A stretch of DNA of 63,117 nt, filler included, from 14 parts of 14 records of this genome joined end to end with filler, not necessarily neighbours in it, one strand, 5' to 3'; counted from the first letter of the whole stretch, positions 38,882 to 53,053 are shown. Translations and numbers: made by a program. The notes: generated by a model from the sequence alone, not told the origin.

Positions 38882-40096
38882 ATGAAACAGATAACCTTTG
38901 CTCCCCGTAATCACCTGCTCACCAATACCAATACCTGGACGCCCGACAGCCAGTGGCTGGTATTTGACGTGCGTCCTTCTGGCGCGTCGTTTACCGGCGA
39001 GACCATTGAGCGTGTGAATATCCATACCGGCGAGGTCGAGGTTATCTATCGCGCGTCACAGGGCGCACACGTCGGCGTGGTGACCGTTCATCCGAAGTCA
39101 GAGAAATATGTTTTCATCCACGGCCCGGAAAATCCTGATGAAACATGGCATTACGACTTCCATCATCGGCGCGGAGTGATTGTTGAAGGCGGCAAGATGA
39201 GTAACCTTGATGCGATGGATATTACCGCGCCGTATACGCCAGGAGTGCTGCGCGGCGGCAGCCATGTGCATGTCTTTAGCCCGAACGGTGAAAGGGTGAG
39301 CTTTACCTATAACGACCATGTAATGCATGAACTCGATCCGGCGCTGGATTTGCGAAACGTCGGTGTTGCTGCGCCGTTTGGCCCGGTCAACGTACAAAAG
39401 CAGCATCCGCGTGAATACAGCGGTAGCCACTGGTGCGTGCTGGTGAGCAAAACCACGCCCACGCCACAGCCTGGCAGTGATGAAATCAATCGTGCTTATG
39501 AAGAAGGATGGGTAGGAAATCACGCGCTGGCATTTATTGGCGACACACTTTCGCCAAAGGGCGAGAAAGTGCCGGAGCTGTTTATCGTTGAGTTACCGCA
39601 AGATGAAGCTGGCTGGAAAGCGGCAGGTGATGCGCCGTTAAGCGGAACGGAAACAACCCTGCCCGCGCCACCGCGTGGCGTCGTGCAGCGACGTTTAACC
39701 TTTACCCACCATCGGGCTTATCCGGGGTTAGTCAACGTCCCGCGCCACTGGGTGCGCTGTAATCCGCAGGGTACACAAATCGCGTTTTTAATGCGAGATG
39801 ATAACGGCATTGTGCAACTGTGGCTTATCTCGCCACAGGGCGGCGAGCCGCGCCAGTTAACCCATAACAAAACGGATATTCAGTCTGCATTTAACTGGCA
39901 TCCGTCAGGAGAATGGTTGGGCTTTGTGCTGGATAATCGAATTGCTTGTGCCCATGCGCAAAGCGGCGAGGTTGAGTATTTAACCGAACACCACGCCAAT
40001 TCACCTTCTGCGGACGCCGTGGTCTTCTCGCCGGATGGTCAGTGGCTGGCGTGGATGGAAGGCGGCCAGCTGTGGATCACCGAAACTGATCGCTAA
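38882..40096 (+). CDS. yidR: DUF3748 beta-propeller protein YidR
   Basis: 404 aa with TolB-like FSPDG repeats; synteny. Confidence 0.9.
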   Translation: MKQITFAPRNHLLTNTNTWTPDSQWLVFDVRPSGASFTGETIERVNIHTGEVEVIYRASQGAHVGVVTVHPKSEKYVFIHGPENPDETWHYDFHHRRGVIVEGGKMSNLDAMDITAPYTPGVLRGGSHVHVFSPNGERVSFTYNDHVMHELDPALDLRNVGVAAPFGPVNVQKQHPREYSGSHWCVLVSKTTPTPQPGSDEINRAYEEGWVGNHALAFIGDTLSPKGEKVPELFIVELPQDEAGWKAAGDAPLSGTETTLPAPPRGVVQRRLTFTHHRAYPGLVNVPRHWVRCNPQGTQIAFLMRDDNGIVQLWLISPQGGEPRQLTHNKTDIQSAFNWHPSGEWLGFVLDNRIACAHAQSGEVEYLTEHHANSPSADAVVFSPDGQWLAWMEGGQLWITETDR

Positions 40097-40097
40097 A

Positions 40098-40431
40098 TCA
40101 GTTATCAGGCATTCTGGCCGGTGGAATAACCGCATTGGTGGCTTGCGCGTTGGCTTCGCTTTTTTTCAACGCGCGAGCGCACCGAGCTGTCTTTGCGGAA
40201 CACATCCCACGGCAGTAAAAGCGTGTCCATCACAGCGGTAAACGGCATATCGAGAATCGCCAGCGACTTAGTGCCCCAGTTGGTTTCATCGTCGCCAATC
40301 ATGGTTGCGCTGGCGCGGGTGCCGGGATACGTTCCTTCTTTCCCTCCGGTATGGGACATCACGCTGGAGCATCCTCCGAGTAATGTCATTCCGCTGCATA
40401 TCATGAACGCTAACAACACATTTCTTATCAT
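40098..40431 (-). CDS. yidQ: YceK/YidQ-family lipoprotein with apparent +1 frameshift
   Basis: MIRNVLLAFMICSGMTLLGGC lipobox, DMPFTAVMDTLLLPWD; span is 334 nt, with a T7 run at 40160-40166. Confidence 0.85.
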
Positions 40432-40605
40432 AATAAATTCATCTGTTGATCGTGGGTGTTGGCCTGATGAGTTATAGCGATCCCTTGCTGAAAATAACAT
40501 CATCATTACGTCGCACTGTGGCGGCTATCGCACTTTAACGTTTCGTGCTGCCCCCTCAGTCTATGCAATAGACCATAAACTGCAAAAAAAAGTCCGCTGA
40601 TAAGG

Positions 40606-40633
40606 CTTGAAAAGTTCATTTCCAGACCCATTT
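40606..40633 (+). promoter_or_regulatory. Sigma-32 heat-shock promoter of ibpAB
   Basis: CTTGAAA...CCCATTT consensus elements. Confidence 0.85.
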
Positions 40634-40640
40634 TTACATC

Positions 40641-40739
40641 GTAGCCGATGAGGACGCGCCTGATGGGTGTTCTGGCTACCTGACCTGTCCATTGTGGAAG
40701 GTCTTACATTCTCGCTGATTTCAGGAGCTATTGATTATG
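40641..40739 (+). promoter_or_regulatory. ibpA 5'UTR ROSE-like RNA thermometer
   Basis: U(U/C)GCU-type motif (TCGCT) just before the AGGAG Shine-Dalgarno; element is known for E. coli ibpA; boundaries approximate. Confidence 0.65.
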
Positions 40740-41150
40740 CGTAACTTTGATTTATCCCCGCTTTACCGTTCTGCTATTGGATTTGACCGTTTGTTTAACC
40801 ACTTAGAAAACAACCAGAGCCAGAGTAATGGCGGCTACCCTCCGTATAACGTTGAACTGGTAGACGAAAACCATTACCGCATTGCTATCGCTGTGGCTGG
40901 TTTTGCTGAGAGCGAACTGGAAATTACCGCCCAGGATAATCTGCTGGTGGTGAAAGGTGCTCACGCCGACGAACAAAAAGAGCGCACCTATCTGTACCAG
41001 GGCATCGCTGAACGCAACTTTGAACGCAAATTCCAGTTAGCTGAGAACATTCATGTTCGTGGTGCTAACCTGGTAAATGGTTTGCTGTATATCGATCTCG
41101 AACGCGTGATTCCGGAAGCGAAAAAACCGCGCCGTATCGAAATCAACTAA
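40737..41150 (+). CDS. ibpA: Small heat shock protein IbpA
   Basis: [19 protein letters not shown]; 137 aa alpha-crystallin domain. Confidence 0.98.
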
Positions 41151-41261
41151 TTCCCTAAGGCCGCCTGGCGCGGCCTGACATCTCCATGCTCGCCGTCAGG
41201 GAGCATATGCGAATCTTCGGATTTGCAGGTACTTACTCGCTTCTTAGAAGGAGAAATGACT

Positions 41262-41690
41262 ATGCGTAACTTCGATTTATCCCCACTGATGCGTCAATGG
41301 ATCGGTTTTGACAAACTGGCCAACGCACTGCAAAACGCCGGTGAAAGCCAGAGCTTCCCGCCGTACAACATTGAGAAAAGCGACGATAACCACTACCGCA
41401 TTACCCTTGCGCTGGCAGGTTTCCGTCAGGAAGATTTAGAGATTCAACTGGAAGGTACGCGCCTGAGCGTAAAAGGCACGCCGGAGCAGCCAAAAGAAGA
41501 GAAAAAATGGCTGCATCAAGGGCTTATGAATCAGCCATTTAGCCTGAGCTTTACGCTGGCTGAAAATATGGAAGTCTCTGGCGCAACCTTCGTAAACGGT
41601 TTACTGCATATTGATTTAATTCGTAATGAGCCTGAACCCATCGCAGCGCAGCGTATCGCTATCAGCGAACGTCCCGCGTTAAATAGCTAA
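41262..41690 (+). CDS. ibpB: Small heat shock protein IbpB
   Basis: [19 protein letters not shown]; 142 aa. Confidence 0.98.
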
Positions 41691-41705
41691 CTAGCTATTC
41701 TCTTT

Positions 41706-41733
41706 GCCCCGCCATTCTGGTGGGGCTTTTTTT
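41706..41733 (+). terminator. Rho-independent terminator after ibpB
   Basis: GCCCCGCCA-TTC-TGGTGGGGC hairpin followed by T7. Confidence 0.85.
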
Positions 41734-41885
41734 GTCTTACTTACTCAACAATGCGTTAAATTTCGACTGTTTAAGATATTTCGGCACGTTCTTTCCCGTG
41801 ATAATGTGCGCTATAAGGCAAATCTGCTTCACCGATTCAGCCATAATCCGTAGCAATTAAAATGTTATCTCAAGAGAAATGGACG

Positions 41886-43547
41886 ATGAGTGATATAGCA
41901 TTAACGGTCAGTATTCTGGCTTTGGTGGCAGTCGTCGGTTTGTTTATCGGCAACGTCAAATTTCGCGGCATAGGATTAGGTATTGGCGGCGTGCTGTTTG
42001 GTGGGATCATCGTCGGCCATTTTGTTTCTCAGGCGGGGATGACATTAAGTAGCGATATGCTGCATGTTATTCAGGAATTTGGCCTGATCCTGTTCGTTTA
42101 TACTATCGGGATTCAGGTAGGGCCGGGCTTCTTTGCCTCATTGCGCGTCTCCGGATTACGCCTCAACCTGTTTGCTGTTCTGATCGTCATCATCGGTGGT
42201 CTGGTTACCGCCATCCTGCATAAACTGTTTGATATTCCACTGCCGGTAGTGCTGGGGATTTTCTCCGGTGCGGTTACCAATACGCCAGCGCTGGGGGCAG
42301 GGCAGCAGATTTTGCGCGACCTGGGTACACCAATGGAAATGGTCGATCAGATGGGGATGAGTTACGCGATGGCGTATCCATTCGGCATTTGCGGGATTTT
42401 GTTCACCATGTGGATGTTGCGGGTTATTTTCCGCGTCAATGTCGAGACAGAAGCTCAGCAGCACGAGTCTTCACGCACCAATGGCGGCGCGCTGATCAAG
42501 ACTATCAATATTCGCGTTGAGAACCCTAACCTGCATGATTTAGCCATTAAAGATGTACCGATTCTCAACGGCGACAAAATTATCTGCTCGCGTCTGAAAC
42601 GCGAAGAAACCCTAAAAGTTCCTTCGCCAGATACCATTATCCAACTGGGCGATTTGCTGCATCTGGTGGGTCAGCCAGCGGATTTACATAATGCGCAACT
42701 GGTGATTGGTCAGGAGGTCGATACTTCGCTGTCCACGAAAGGCACTGATTTGCGCGTCGAGCGTGTGGTGGTCACCAATGAAAACGTGCTCGGAAAACGT
42801 ATTCGCGACCTGCACTTTAAAGAACGCTATGACGTTGTTATCTCGCGCCTGAACCGTGCCGGGGTCGAACTGGTCGCCAGTGGCGATATCAGCCTGCAGT
42901 TCGGCGATATCCTCAATCTGGTGGGGCGTCCGTCCGCAATTGATGCCGTTGCCAATGTGCTGGGGAATGCGCAGCAAAAACTGCAACAGGTTCAGATGCT
43001 GCCAGTGTTTATTGGCATCGGGCTAGGCGTATTGTTAGGTTCTATTCCCGTCTTTGTGCCAGGATTCCCGGCCGCGTTGAAACTGGGGCTGGCGGGCGGA
43101 CCGCTGATTATGGCGTTGATCCTCGGGCGTATCGGCAGTATCGGCAAGCTGTACTGGTTTATGCCGCCAAGCGCCAACCTCGCGCTGCGGGAGCTGGGGA
43201 TCGTGCTGTTCCTCTCGGTCGTTGGTCTGAAATCTGGTGGGGATTTTGTGAATACCCTGGTCAATGGCGAAGGGCTAAGCTGGATTGGTTATGGTGCCCT
43301 GATCACCGCCGTTCCGCTGATTACTGTTGGCATTCTGGCGCGGATGTTAGCCAAAATGAATTACCTGACCATGTGCGGGATGCTGGCAGGTTCCATGACC
43401 GATCCTCCGGCGCTGGCGTTTGCTAATAATCTTCATCCAACCAGCGGTGCGGCGGCGCTCTCTTACGCCACTGTCTATCCGTTGGTAATGTTCCTGCGCA
43501 TTATCACCCCCCAATTACTGGCGGTGCTCTTCTGGAGTATCGGTTAA
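41886..43547 (+). CDS. yidE: AspT/YidE-family transporter with TrkA-C domains
   Basis: 553 aa; duplicated GAVTNTPAL / GSMTDPPAL motifs. Confidence 0.95.
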
Positions 43548-44260
43548 CTCTTTTCCGGGTGGAGTCGCCGTAAATGGTACTCCACCTGGTATTCGCTGGC
43601 ATTTCTGAACATCACTGAATAATTCAAAAACTCCCCGCTCTCGCTATATGACAACGAGGTGATCCGCAGCAGTGGCGTGTGTTCCGCTACCTTCATTTGC
43701 CGCGCCAGCAGTCTATCGGCGAGCACTGGCGTCAGGCTTTCATAATTACCGCCAATCAAAATCCCGCACTCTTGTTCAATATATTCAAACTTCGACCCTT
43801 CCAGATGTTGCAGCGAAAGATTACGGAACAGTTTTACCGGCATATAGCTGTCTTCCAGCATCAGCGGTTTCCCTTCCACAAAACGAACGCGACGGGAGAA
43901 GTAGATCTGCTCGTTGATTTGAATCCGTAACTGGCTGGCAATGGCCGGAGGCGCAGGCATGATTTCAAAAATCAGCACCTGGCTGGTGACCGTTTTTCCC
44001 TGCCGTTTTAACACCTCCACCAGCCCGGTCAGACTGGCGGTTTGATGCAGTACATCTTTGCGCACCAGGTAAGTGCCACTACCGTGGCGGCGGACCACCA
44101 GCCCCCACGCTACCAGCAGGTCAATGGCTTTACGGATGGTCATCCGCGATACCGCAAACTCTTCCGCCAGCTTTTTTTCACCGGGAAGAAGGCTGTTTAG
44201 CGTGAAATCTGCGGAGTTAAGTCGAATTCTTAACCGCTCCGCAATGCTTTTGTAGATCAT
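43544..44260 (-). CDS. yidP: GntR/HutC (UTRA) transcriptional regulator
   Basis: [21 protein letters not shown]; 238 aa. Confidence 0.93.
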
Positions 44261-44555
44261 CTCTAGATCTCTTTTTTGCCTGCAAGCCCGGGTAATGCGC
44301 ACACAAGTTCTGCTTAATCGATTGAAAAAACATCTTTTTTTTAAAGATGTGTTCGATGCTGTGTACCTGTGCTCACAGAGGTCTACTTTTTCGCGAAAAC
44401 GTAGATCTCTACCGCCCAACGAAAAGCATGAAAGCGATCACGAATCCCATTGGGTCGTCATGTTCTGCCGATCGCATCTTCCTATCCTCGCTCCAGGCCT
44501 GCCGCATAACCAATCAGGCTTCCTACTTACAGAATTGAGAAAAGAGGATGTGGAA

Positions 44556-45662
44556 ATGCTCAGTCAAATTCAACGCTTTGGCGGCGCGATGTTCACGCCA
44601 GTGCTGCTGTTTCCCTTCGCCGGGATTGTGGTGGGTCTTGCCATCTTGCTGCAAAACCCGATGTTTGTCGGGGAATCACTGACCGATCCGAACAGTTTAT
44701 TCGCGCAAATCGTACACATTATTGAAGAGGGCGGTTGGACGGTATTCCGTAATATGCCGCTGATTTTTGCTGTCGGTTTACCCATTGGCCTTGCTAAGCA
44801 AGCGCAGGGGCGTGCTTGTCTGGCGGTGATGGTGAGTTTCCTGACCTGGAACTATTTCATCAACGCGATGGGAATGACCTGGGGAAGCTACTTCGGCGTC
44901 GATTTCACTCAGGACGCGGTGGCAGGTAGCGGTCTGACAATGATGGCCGGGATTAAAACCCTCGATACCAGCATTATCGGCGCAATTATCATTTCCGGCA
45001 TTGTGACGGCGCTGCATAACCGTCTGTTCGATAAAAAACTGCCGGTTTTTCTCGGCATTTTCCAGGGGACGTCTTATGTGGTGATTATCGCCTTCCTGGT
45101 GATGATCCCCTGTGCCTGGCTGACGTTGCTCGGCTGGCCAAAAGTACAAATGGGGATTGAATCTCTGCAAGCGTTCCTGCGTTCGGCGGGTGCACTTGGG
45201 GTCTGGGTTTACACCTTCCTCGAACGTATTCTGATCCCAACCGGTTTACACCACTTCATCTACGGACAGTTTATCTTTGGTCCGGCAGCTGTTGAAGGCG
45301 GCATTCAGATGTACTGGGCGCAGCATCTGCAAGAGTTCAGTTTGAGCGCCGAGCCGCTGAAATCGTTGTTCCCGGAAGGCGGTTTTGCCCTGCACGGTAA
45401 CTCAAAAATCTTTGGTGCCGTGGGCATTTCTTTAGCGATGTACTTCACTGCCGCACCGGAAAATCGGGTAAAAGTGGCGGGCTTGCTGATTCCCGCAACC
45501 TTAACCGCCATGCTGGTGGGAATTACCGAACCGCTGGAATTTACCTTCCTGTTCATTTCACCGTTGCTGTTTGCGGTACACGCCGTGCTGGCGGCCTCAA
45601 TGTCGACCGTAATGTATCTCTTTGGTGTGGTGGGCAACATGGGCGGAGGTCTGATTGACTAG
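44556..45662 (+). pseudogene. glvC: PTS alpha-glucoside EIIC fragment (split from glvB by an amber stop)
   Basis: GITEPLEFTF EIIC motif; TAG at 45660-45662 with the frame continuing into glvB, as in K-12. Confidence 0.9.
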
Positions 45663-45686
45663 GTTTTACCGCAAAACTGGATCCCG

Positions 45687-47877
<2,191 letters not shown>

Positions 47878-48043
47878 TTTAATATCCCTCCGGCGAATTA
47901 TGCTCACAACCTGAACTTAACAGAAAACAATCCGTTCAGGGATACGACGTTTGTATTTTAAGAATCTGACTGCCTGACCCGACGCATTTTACCTCTCCCT
48001 ATATTCATGCGTCCGGGACATAAACATAAATAAGGGCTATGAG

Positions 48044-49759
48044 ATGAATTCGTTACAAATCTTGAGTTTTGTCGGTTTTACGCTGCTGGTGGCGGTGATC
48101 ACCTGGTGGAAGGTCCGCAAAACAGATACCGGATCGCAACAAGGCTATTTTCTTGCCGGACGTTCACTAAAAGCGCCGGTTATTGCCGCTTCGTTAATGC
48201 TAACCAACCTTTCCACGGAACAACTGGTCGGCCTTTCCGGGCAGGCCTACAAAAGCGGCATGTCGGTGATGGGCTGGGAAGTGACTTCAGCGGTGACGCT
48301 GATCTTCCTCGCGCTAATCTTTTTACCGCGCTATCTGAAGCGCGGCATTGCCACCATCCCCGATTTTCTGGAGGAACGTTATGATAAAACGACGCGTATT
48401 ATCATCGACTTCTGCTTCCTAATTGCCACCGGCGTCTGCTTTCTGCCGATTGTTCTCTACTCCGGCGCGTTGGCGCTCAACAGCCTGTTTCACGTCGGGG
48501 AATCGCTACAGATTTCTCACGGTGCGGCTATCTGGCTACTGGTAATTTTGCTTGGTCTGGCGGGAATTTTGTATGCGGTGATCGGCGGACTGCGCGCAAT
48601 GGCAGTGGCGGACTCCATCAACGGTATTGGGCTGGTTATCGGCGGGTTGATGGTGCCGGTATTTGGCCTAATCGCGATGGGCAAGGGCAGCTTTATGCAG
48701 GGCATTGAGCAACTCACCACCGTTCACGCCGAGAAATTAAACTCAATCGGTGGCCCGACCGATCCCTTGCCGATTGGCGCGGCATTTACCGGTTTGATTC
48801 TGGTGAACACCTTTTACTGGTGTACAAATCAGGGCATCGTGCAACGCACGCTGGCGTCAAAAAGCCTGGCGGAAGGGCAAAAGGGGGCGCTGTTAACGGC
48901 GGTGCTGAAAATGCTCGACCCGCTGGTACTGGTGCTGCCAGGGTTGATTGCGTTTCATCTGTATCAGGATTTACCGAAAGCCGACATGGCCTACCCGACG
49001 CTGGTCAATAACGTTCTGCCAGTGCCAATGGTGGGTTTCTTCGGCGCGGTGTTATTTGGTGCGGTGATCAGTACCTTCAACGGCTTTCTGAATAGCGCCA
49101 GTACGTTATTCAGTATGGGTATTTACCGTCGCATCATTAACCAGAATGCCGAGCCGCAGCAGCTGGTCACCGTCGGGCGCAAATTTGGTTTCTTTATCGC
49201 TATCGTTTCGGTGCTGGTCGCGCCGTGGATCGCCAACGCGCCGCAGGGGCTGTATAGCTGGATGAAACAGCTCAACGGCATTTACAACGTGCCGCTGGTT
49301 ACCATCATCATTATGGGCTTTTTCTTCCCGCGCATCCCGGCGCTGGCGGCAAAAGTAGCGATGGGGATTGGCATAATCAGCTACATCACCATCAACTATC
49401 TGGTGAAGTTCGACTTCCATTTCCTCTATGTGCTGGCCTGTACGTTCTGCATCAACGTGGTCGTGATGCTGGTGATCGGTTTTATCAAACCGCGCGCCAC
49501 GCCGTTCACCTTCAAAGATGCGTTTGCGGTGGACATGAAACCGTGGAAAAACGTCAAGATCGCGTCAATTGGCATCCTGTTCGCGATGATTGGCGTCTAT
49601 GCCGGGCTGGCTGAATTCGGCGGCTACGGTACGCGCTGGTTAGCGATGATCAGTTATTTCATTGCCGCCGTAGTGATTGTCTACCTGATTTTTGACAGCT
49701 GGCGGCATCGTCACGACCCAGCCGTAACCTTTACTCCCGACGGGAAGGATAGCCTATGA
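48044..49759 (+). CDS. yidK: Sodium:solute symporter
   Basis: GYFLAGRSL, YWCTNQGIVQR; 571 aa. Confidence 0.94.
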   Translation: MNSLQILSFVGFTLLVAVITWWKVRKTDTGSQQGYFLAGRSLKAPVIAASLMLTNLSTEQLVGLSGQAYKSGMSVMGWEVTSAVTLIFLALIFLPRYLKRGIATIPDFLEERYDKTTRIIIDFCFLIATGVCFLPIVLYSGALALNSLFHVGESLQISHGAAIWLLVILLGLAGILYAVIGGLRAMAVADSINGIGLVIGGLMVPVFGLIAMGKGSFMQGIEQLTTVHAEKLNSIGGPTDPLPIGAAFTGLILVNTFYWCTNQGIVQRTLASKSLAEGQKGALLTAVLKMLDPLVLVLPGLIAFHLYQDLPKADMAYPTLVNNVLPVPMVGFFGAVLFGAVISTFNGFLNSASTLFSMGIYRRIINQNAEPQQLVTVGRKFGFFIAIVSVLVAPWIANAPQGLYSWMKQLNGIYNVPLVTIIIMGFFFPRIPALAAKVAMGIGIISYITINYLVKFDFHFLYVLACTFCINVVVMLVIGFIKPRATPFTFKDAFAVDMKPWKNVKIASIGILFAMIGVYAGLAEFGGYGTRWLAMISYFIAAVVIVYLIFDSWRHRHDPAVTFTPDGKDSL

Positions 49760-51249
49760 AACGCCCCAATTTTCTGTTCGTCATGACCGATACCCAGGCC
49801 ACCAATATGGTCGGTTGCTATAGCGGTAAACCGCTGAATACGCAAAATATTGATAGTCTGGCGGCGGAAGGTATTCGCTTTAATTCCGCCTACACCTGTT
49901 CACCGGTTTGTACGCCTGCACGGGCCGGACTATTTACCGGTATCTACGCTAACCAGTCCGGCCCGTGGACCAACAACGTCGCGCCAGGCAAAAACATCTC
50001 CACTATGGGGCGCTACTTTAAGGATGCCGGCTATCACACCTGTTACATCGGCAAATGGCATCTCGACGGTCATGACTATTTCGGCACTGGCGAGTGTCCG
50101 CCGGAGTGGGACGCTGATTACTGGTTCGATGGGGCGAACTATCTTAGCGAACTGACGGAAAAAGAGATTAGCCTGTGGCGCAATGGCCTAAACAGCGTCG
50201 AAGATTTACAGGCGAACCATATCGACGAAACCTTCACCTGGGCGCATCGTATCAGCAATCGGGCGGTGGATTTTCTGCAACAGCCTGCGCGCGCAGACGA
50301 GCCTTTCCTGATGGTGGTTTCGTATGATGAGCCGCATCACCCGTTCACCTGTCCGGTGGAGTATTTAGAGAAATACGCTGATTTTTACTACGAGCTGGGC
50401 GAGAAAGCACAGGATGACCTGGCTAACAAACCGGAACATCACCGCTTATGGGCGCAGGCGATGCCATCGCCAGTCGGTGATGACGGGCTTTATCACCATC
50501 CGCTCTATTTTGCCTGTAATGACTTTGTTGATGACCAAATCGGACGGGTCATCAATGCCTTAACGCCAGAGCAACGTGAAAATACGTGGGTTATTTATAC
50601 CTCCGATCACGGCGAAATGATGGGCGCACATAAGCTGATCAGTAAAGGGGCGGCGATGTATGACGACATCACCCGCATTCCGCTGATCATCCGTTCGCCG
50701 CAAGGGGAGCGGCGACAGGTCGATACGCCAGTCAGTCATATCGATTTACTGCCGACAATGATGGCGCTGGCAGATATTGAAAAACCAGAGATTCTGCCGG
50801 GGGAAAATATCCTTGCCGTGAAAGAGCCACGCGGCGTGATGGTGGAATTTAACCGCTACGAGATTGAGCATGACAGCTTTGGCGGTTTTATTCCGGTGCG
50901 TTGCTGGGTGACGGATGACTTTAAACTGGTACTCAACCTCTTCACCAGTGATGAACTTTACGATCGCCGTAATGACCCAAATGAAATGCATAACCTGATC
51001 GATGATATCCGTTTTGCAGACGTTCGCAGCAAAATGCATGACGCCTTATTGGATTACATGGACAAAATTCGCGATCCGTTCCGCAGTTACCAATGGAGTC
51101 TGCGTCCGTGGCGTAAAGATGCACGGCCGCGCTGGATGGGGGCGTTTCGTCCACGTCCACAAGATGGCTATTCGCCAGTTGTACGCGACTATGACACCGG
51201 CCTACCGACACAAGGGGTGAAGGTGGAGGAGAAAAAACAGAAGTTCTGA
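49756..51249 (+). CDS. yidJ: Cys-type sulfatase
   Basis: CTPARAGLFTG formylglycine motif, GKWHL, TSDHG. Confidence 0.95.
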   Translation: MKRPNFLFVMTDTQATNMVGCYSGKPLNTQNIDSLAAEGIRFNSAYTCSPVCTPARAGLFTGIYANQSGPWTNNVAPGKNISTMGRYFKDAGYHTCYIGKWHLDGHDYFGTGECPPEWDADYWFDGANYLSELTEKEISLWRNGLNSVEDLQANHIDETFTWAHRISNRAVDFLQQPARADEPFLMVVSYDEPHHPFTCPVEYLEKYADFYYELGEKAQDDLANKPEHHRLWAQAMPSPVGDDGLYHHPLYFACNDFVDDQIGRVINALTPEQRENTWVIYTSDHGEMMGAHKLISKGAAMYDDITRIPLIIRSPQGERRQVDTPVSHIDLLPTMMALADIEKPEILPGENILAVKEPRGVMVEFNRYEIEHDSFGGFIPVRCWVTDDFKLVLNLFTSDELYDRRNDPNEMHNLIDDIRFADVRSKMHDALLDYMDKIRDPFRSYQWSLRPWRKDARPRWMGAFRPRPQDGYSPVVRDYDTGLPTQGVKVEEKKQKF

Positions 51250-51251
51250 CG

Positions 51252-51287
51252 ATAATGCCCGCTGATGATCACCCGGCGGGCATTATT
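51252..51287. terminator. Hairpin between convergent yidJ and yidI
   Basis: ATAATGCCCGCTG...CGGCGGGCATTAT inverted repeat. Confidence 0.7.
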
Positions 51288-51295
51288 CAGGCTGC

Positions 51296-51745
51296 TTAAA
51301 CCAGTGAACCGCCGGTCAGGAAGGAAAAGATAAGGAATATCAGCAAAATGCTGCACACGATGCCGATACCAAAAAGCAAGGTATGGAAAGCCAGCGTCCC
51401 GCCGCCAAAAACCAGCGCGCCGCGAATGCCCCAGCGATTTTCCTTACGCATACCGCCAATAAATGCGCAAAGTAGCGCAGCAATGGCCAGTGCGATACCG
51501 CTTTGATTGAGGATTTTATCGACATCTACGTCCTCTTTTTTCTCCACGGTGGTAATTTTTTCGCCTTTTATTCCGGCGAGAAGACCTCTTTTAATTTCAG
51601 CCGTTTTGTCCGCCACGATGCTTTCAAACGTTGGCGGTGGTGCGGAGAAAGGGCCGAATGAAAAGTGGATAATCCCCATCATTAAAGCGATGGCACCGAA
51701 CAGCATGCCCAATGAACTGATTTTATTTTGAGCTATGATACCCAT
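51296..51745 (-). CDS. yidI: Inner membrane protein YidI
   Basis: 149 aa hydrophobic protein; synteny. Confidence 0.88.
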   Translation of the reverse strand: MGIIAQNKISSLGMLFGAIALMMGIIHFSFGPFSAPPPTFESIVADKTAEIKRGLLAGIKGEKITTVEKKEDVDVDKILNQSGIALAIAALLCAFIGGMRKENRWGIRGALVFGGGTLAFHTLLFGIGIVCSILLIFLIFSFLTGGSLV

Positions 51746-51852
51746 CTGACCTCCTTGTAGCGGATGGCAAAAGCATATCAGGAAACGGGCGGACGAAATT
51801 CTTAAAAAAACCGCTAAAGGTAGAGCGTTAGTGAAATTGCAAAGGAGCAACA

Positions 51853-52200
51853 ATGAAAATTTCCCGCCTCGGAGAAGCGCCTGATTACCGCTTCTCGCTG
51901 GCTAATGAGCGTACTTTTCTGGCGTGGATCCGTACTGCACTAGGATTTCTGGCGGCGGGGGTTGGGCTTGATCAACTTGCGCCAGATTTCGCCACGCCCG
52001 TCATTCGCGAACTGCTGGCGTTGTTGTTGTGTCTGTTTTCCGGCGGGTTAGCGATGTATGGCTACTTGCGCTGGTTACGCAATGAAAAAGCGATGCGTCT
52101 GAAAGAGGACCTGCCCTACACCAACAGCTTATTAATCATTAGCTTAATATTGATGGTCGTGGCGGTGATCGTTATGGGACTGGTGTTGTATGCCGGATAG
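51853..52200 (+). CDS. yidH: DUF202 inner membrane protein
   Basis: LANERTFLAWIRT. Confidence 0.93.
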   Translation: MKISRLGEAPDYRFSLANERTFLAWIRTALGFLAAGVGLDQLAPDFATPVIRELLALLLCLFSGGLAMYGYLRWLRNEKAMRLKEDLPYTNSLLIISLILMVVAVIVMGLVLYAG

Positions 52201-52552
52201 CCGCAAAGCCAGACGCATTGCCGACCCAGGACTGCAGCCGGAGCGCACATCACTGGCGTGGTTTCGTACCATGCTGGGCTACGGCGCGTTGATGGCGTTG
52301 GCTATCAAACACAACTGGCACCAGGCGGGCATGTTATTCTGGATTTCGATTGGCATTCTCGCCATCGTGGCGCTGATCCTCTGGCACTACACCCGTAATC
52401 GCAATTTAATGGATGTCACGAATAGCGATTTTTCCCAATTTCACGTAGTCCGTGACAAATTTTTGATCTCCCTCGCGGTGTTATCTCTCGCAATACTGTT
52501 TGCTGTAACGCATATACATCAACTTATCGTATTTATTGAGAGAGTCGCATGA
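52190..52552 (+). CDS. yidG: DUF202 inner membrane protein
   Basis: DPGLQPERTSLAWFRT. Confidence 0.92.
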   Translation: MPDSRKARRIADPGLQPERTSLAWFRTMLGYGALMALAIKHNWHQAGMLFWISIGILAIVALILWHYTRNRNLMDVTNSDFSQFHVVRDKFLISLAVLSLAILFAVTHIHQLIVFIERVA

Positions 52553-53046
52553 CAGGAAGTCAGGTCATTGATGCTGAAGAGGACAGGCATAAACTGGTTG
52601 TAGAGTACAAGGATGCTCTGCAACCTGCCGATTTTTATCACAATTTCAAACAGCGGGGCATCCGCTCCGTACAGCTCATTCCCTATCTTGAATTTGATGA
52701 CCGGGGCGATCTGACGGCCGCTTCGGTGACAGCAGAGCTGTGGGGGAAATTTTTAATTGCCCTGTTCGAGTGTTGGGTGCGGGCAGATATCAGTCGTATC
52801 TCGATTGAGCTTTTTGACGCCACCTTACAAAAATGGTGTGGCAGCGAAAACCCGCAACCGCGCTGTGACTGCCAGGCGTGCGACTGGCATCGCCTGTGCC
52901 CGCACGCTCGGCAGGAGACGCCAGACAGCGTGCTTTGTGCGGGCTATCAGGCGTTTTATTCTTACTCCGCACCGCATATGCGGGTGATGCGTGATCTGAT
53001 AAAGCAGCATCGTTCTCCCATGGAGCTGATGACGATGCTGCGGTGA
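52549..53046 (+). CDS. yidF: YidF, remnant related to anaerobic sulfatase maturases
   Basis: CQACDWHRLC...LCAGY SPASM-like cysteine cluster; 165 aa. Confidence 0.88.
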   Translation: MTGSQVIDAEEDRHKLVVEYKDALQPADFYHNFKQRGIRSVQLIPYLEFDDRGDLTAASVTAELWGKFLIALFECWVRADISRISIELFDATLQKWCGSENPQPRCDCQACDWHRLCPHARQETPDSVLCAGYQAFYSYSAPHMRVMRDLIKQHRSPMELMTMLR

Positions 53047-53053
53047 CGTGCGC

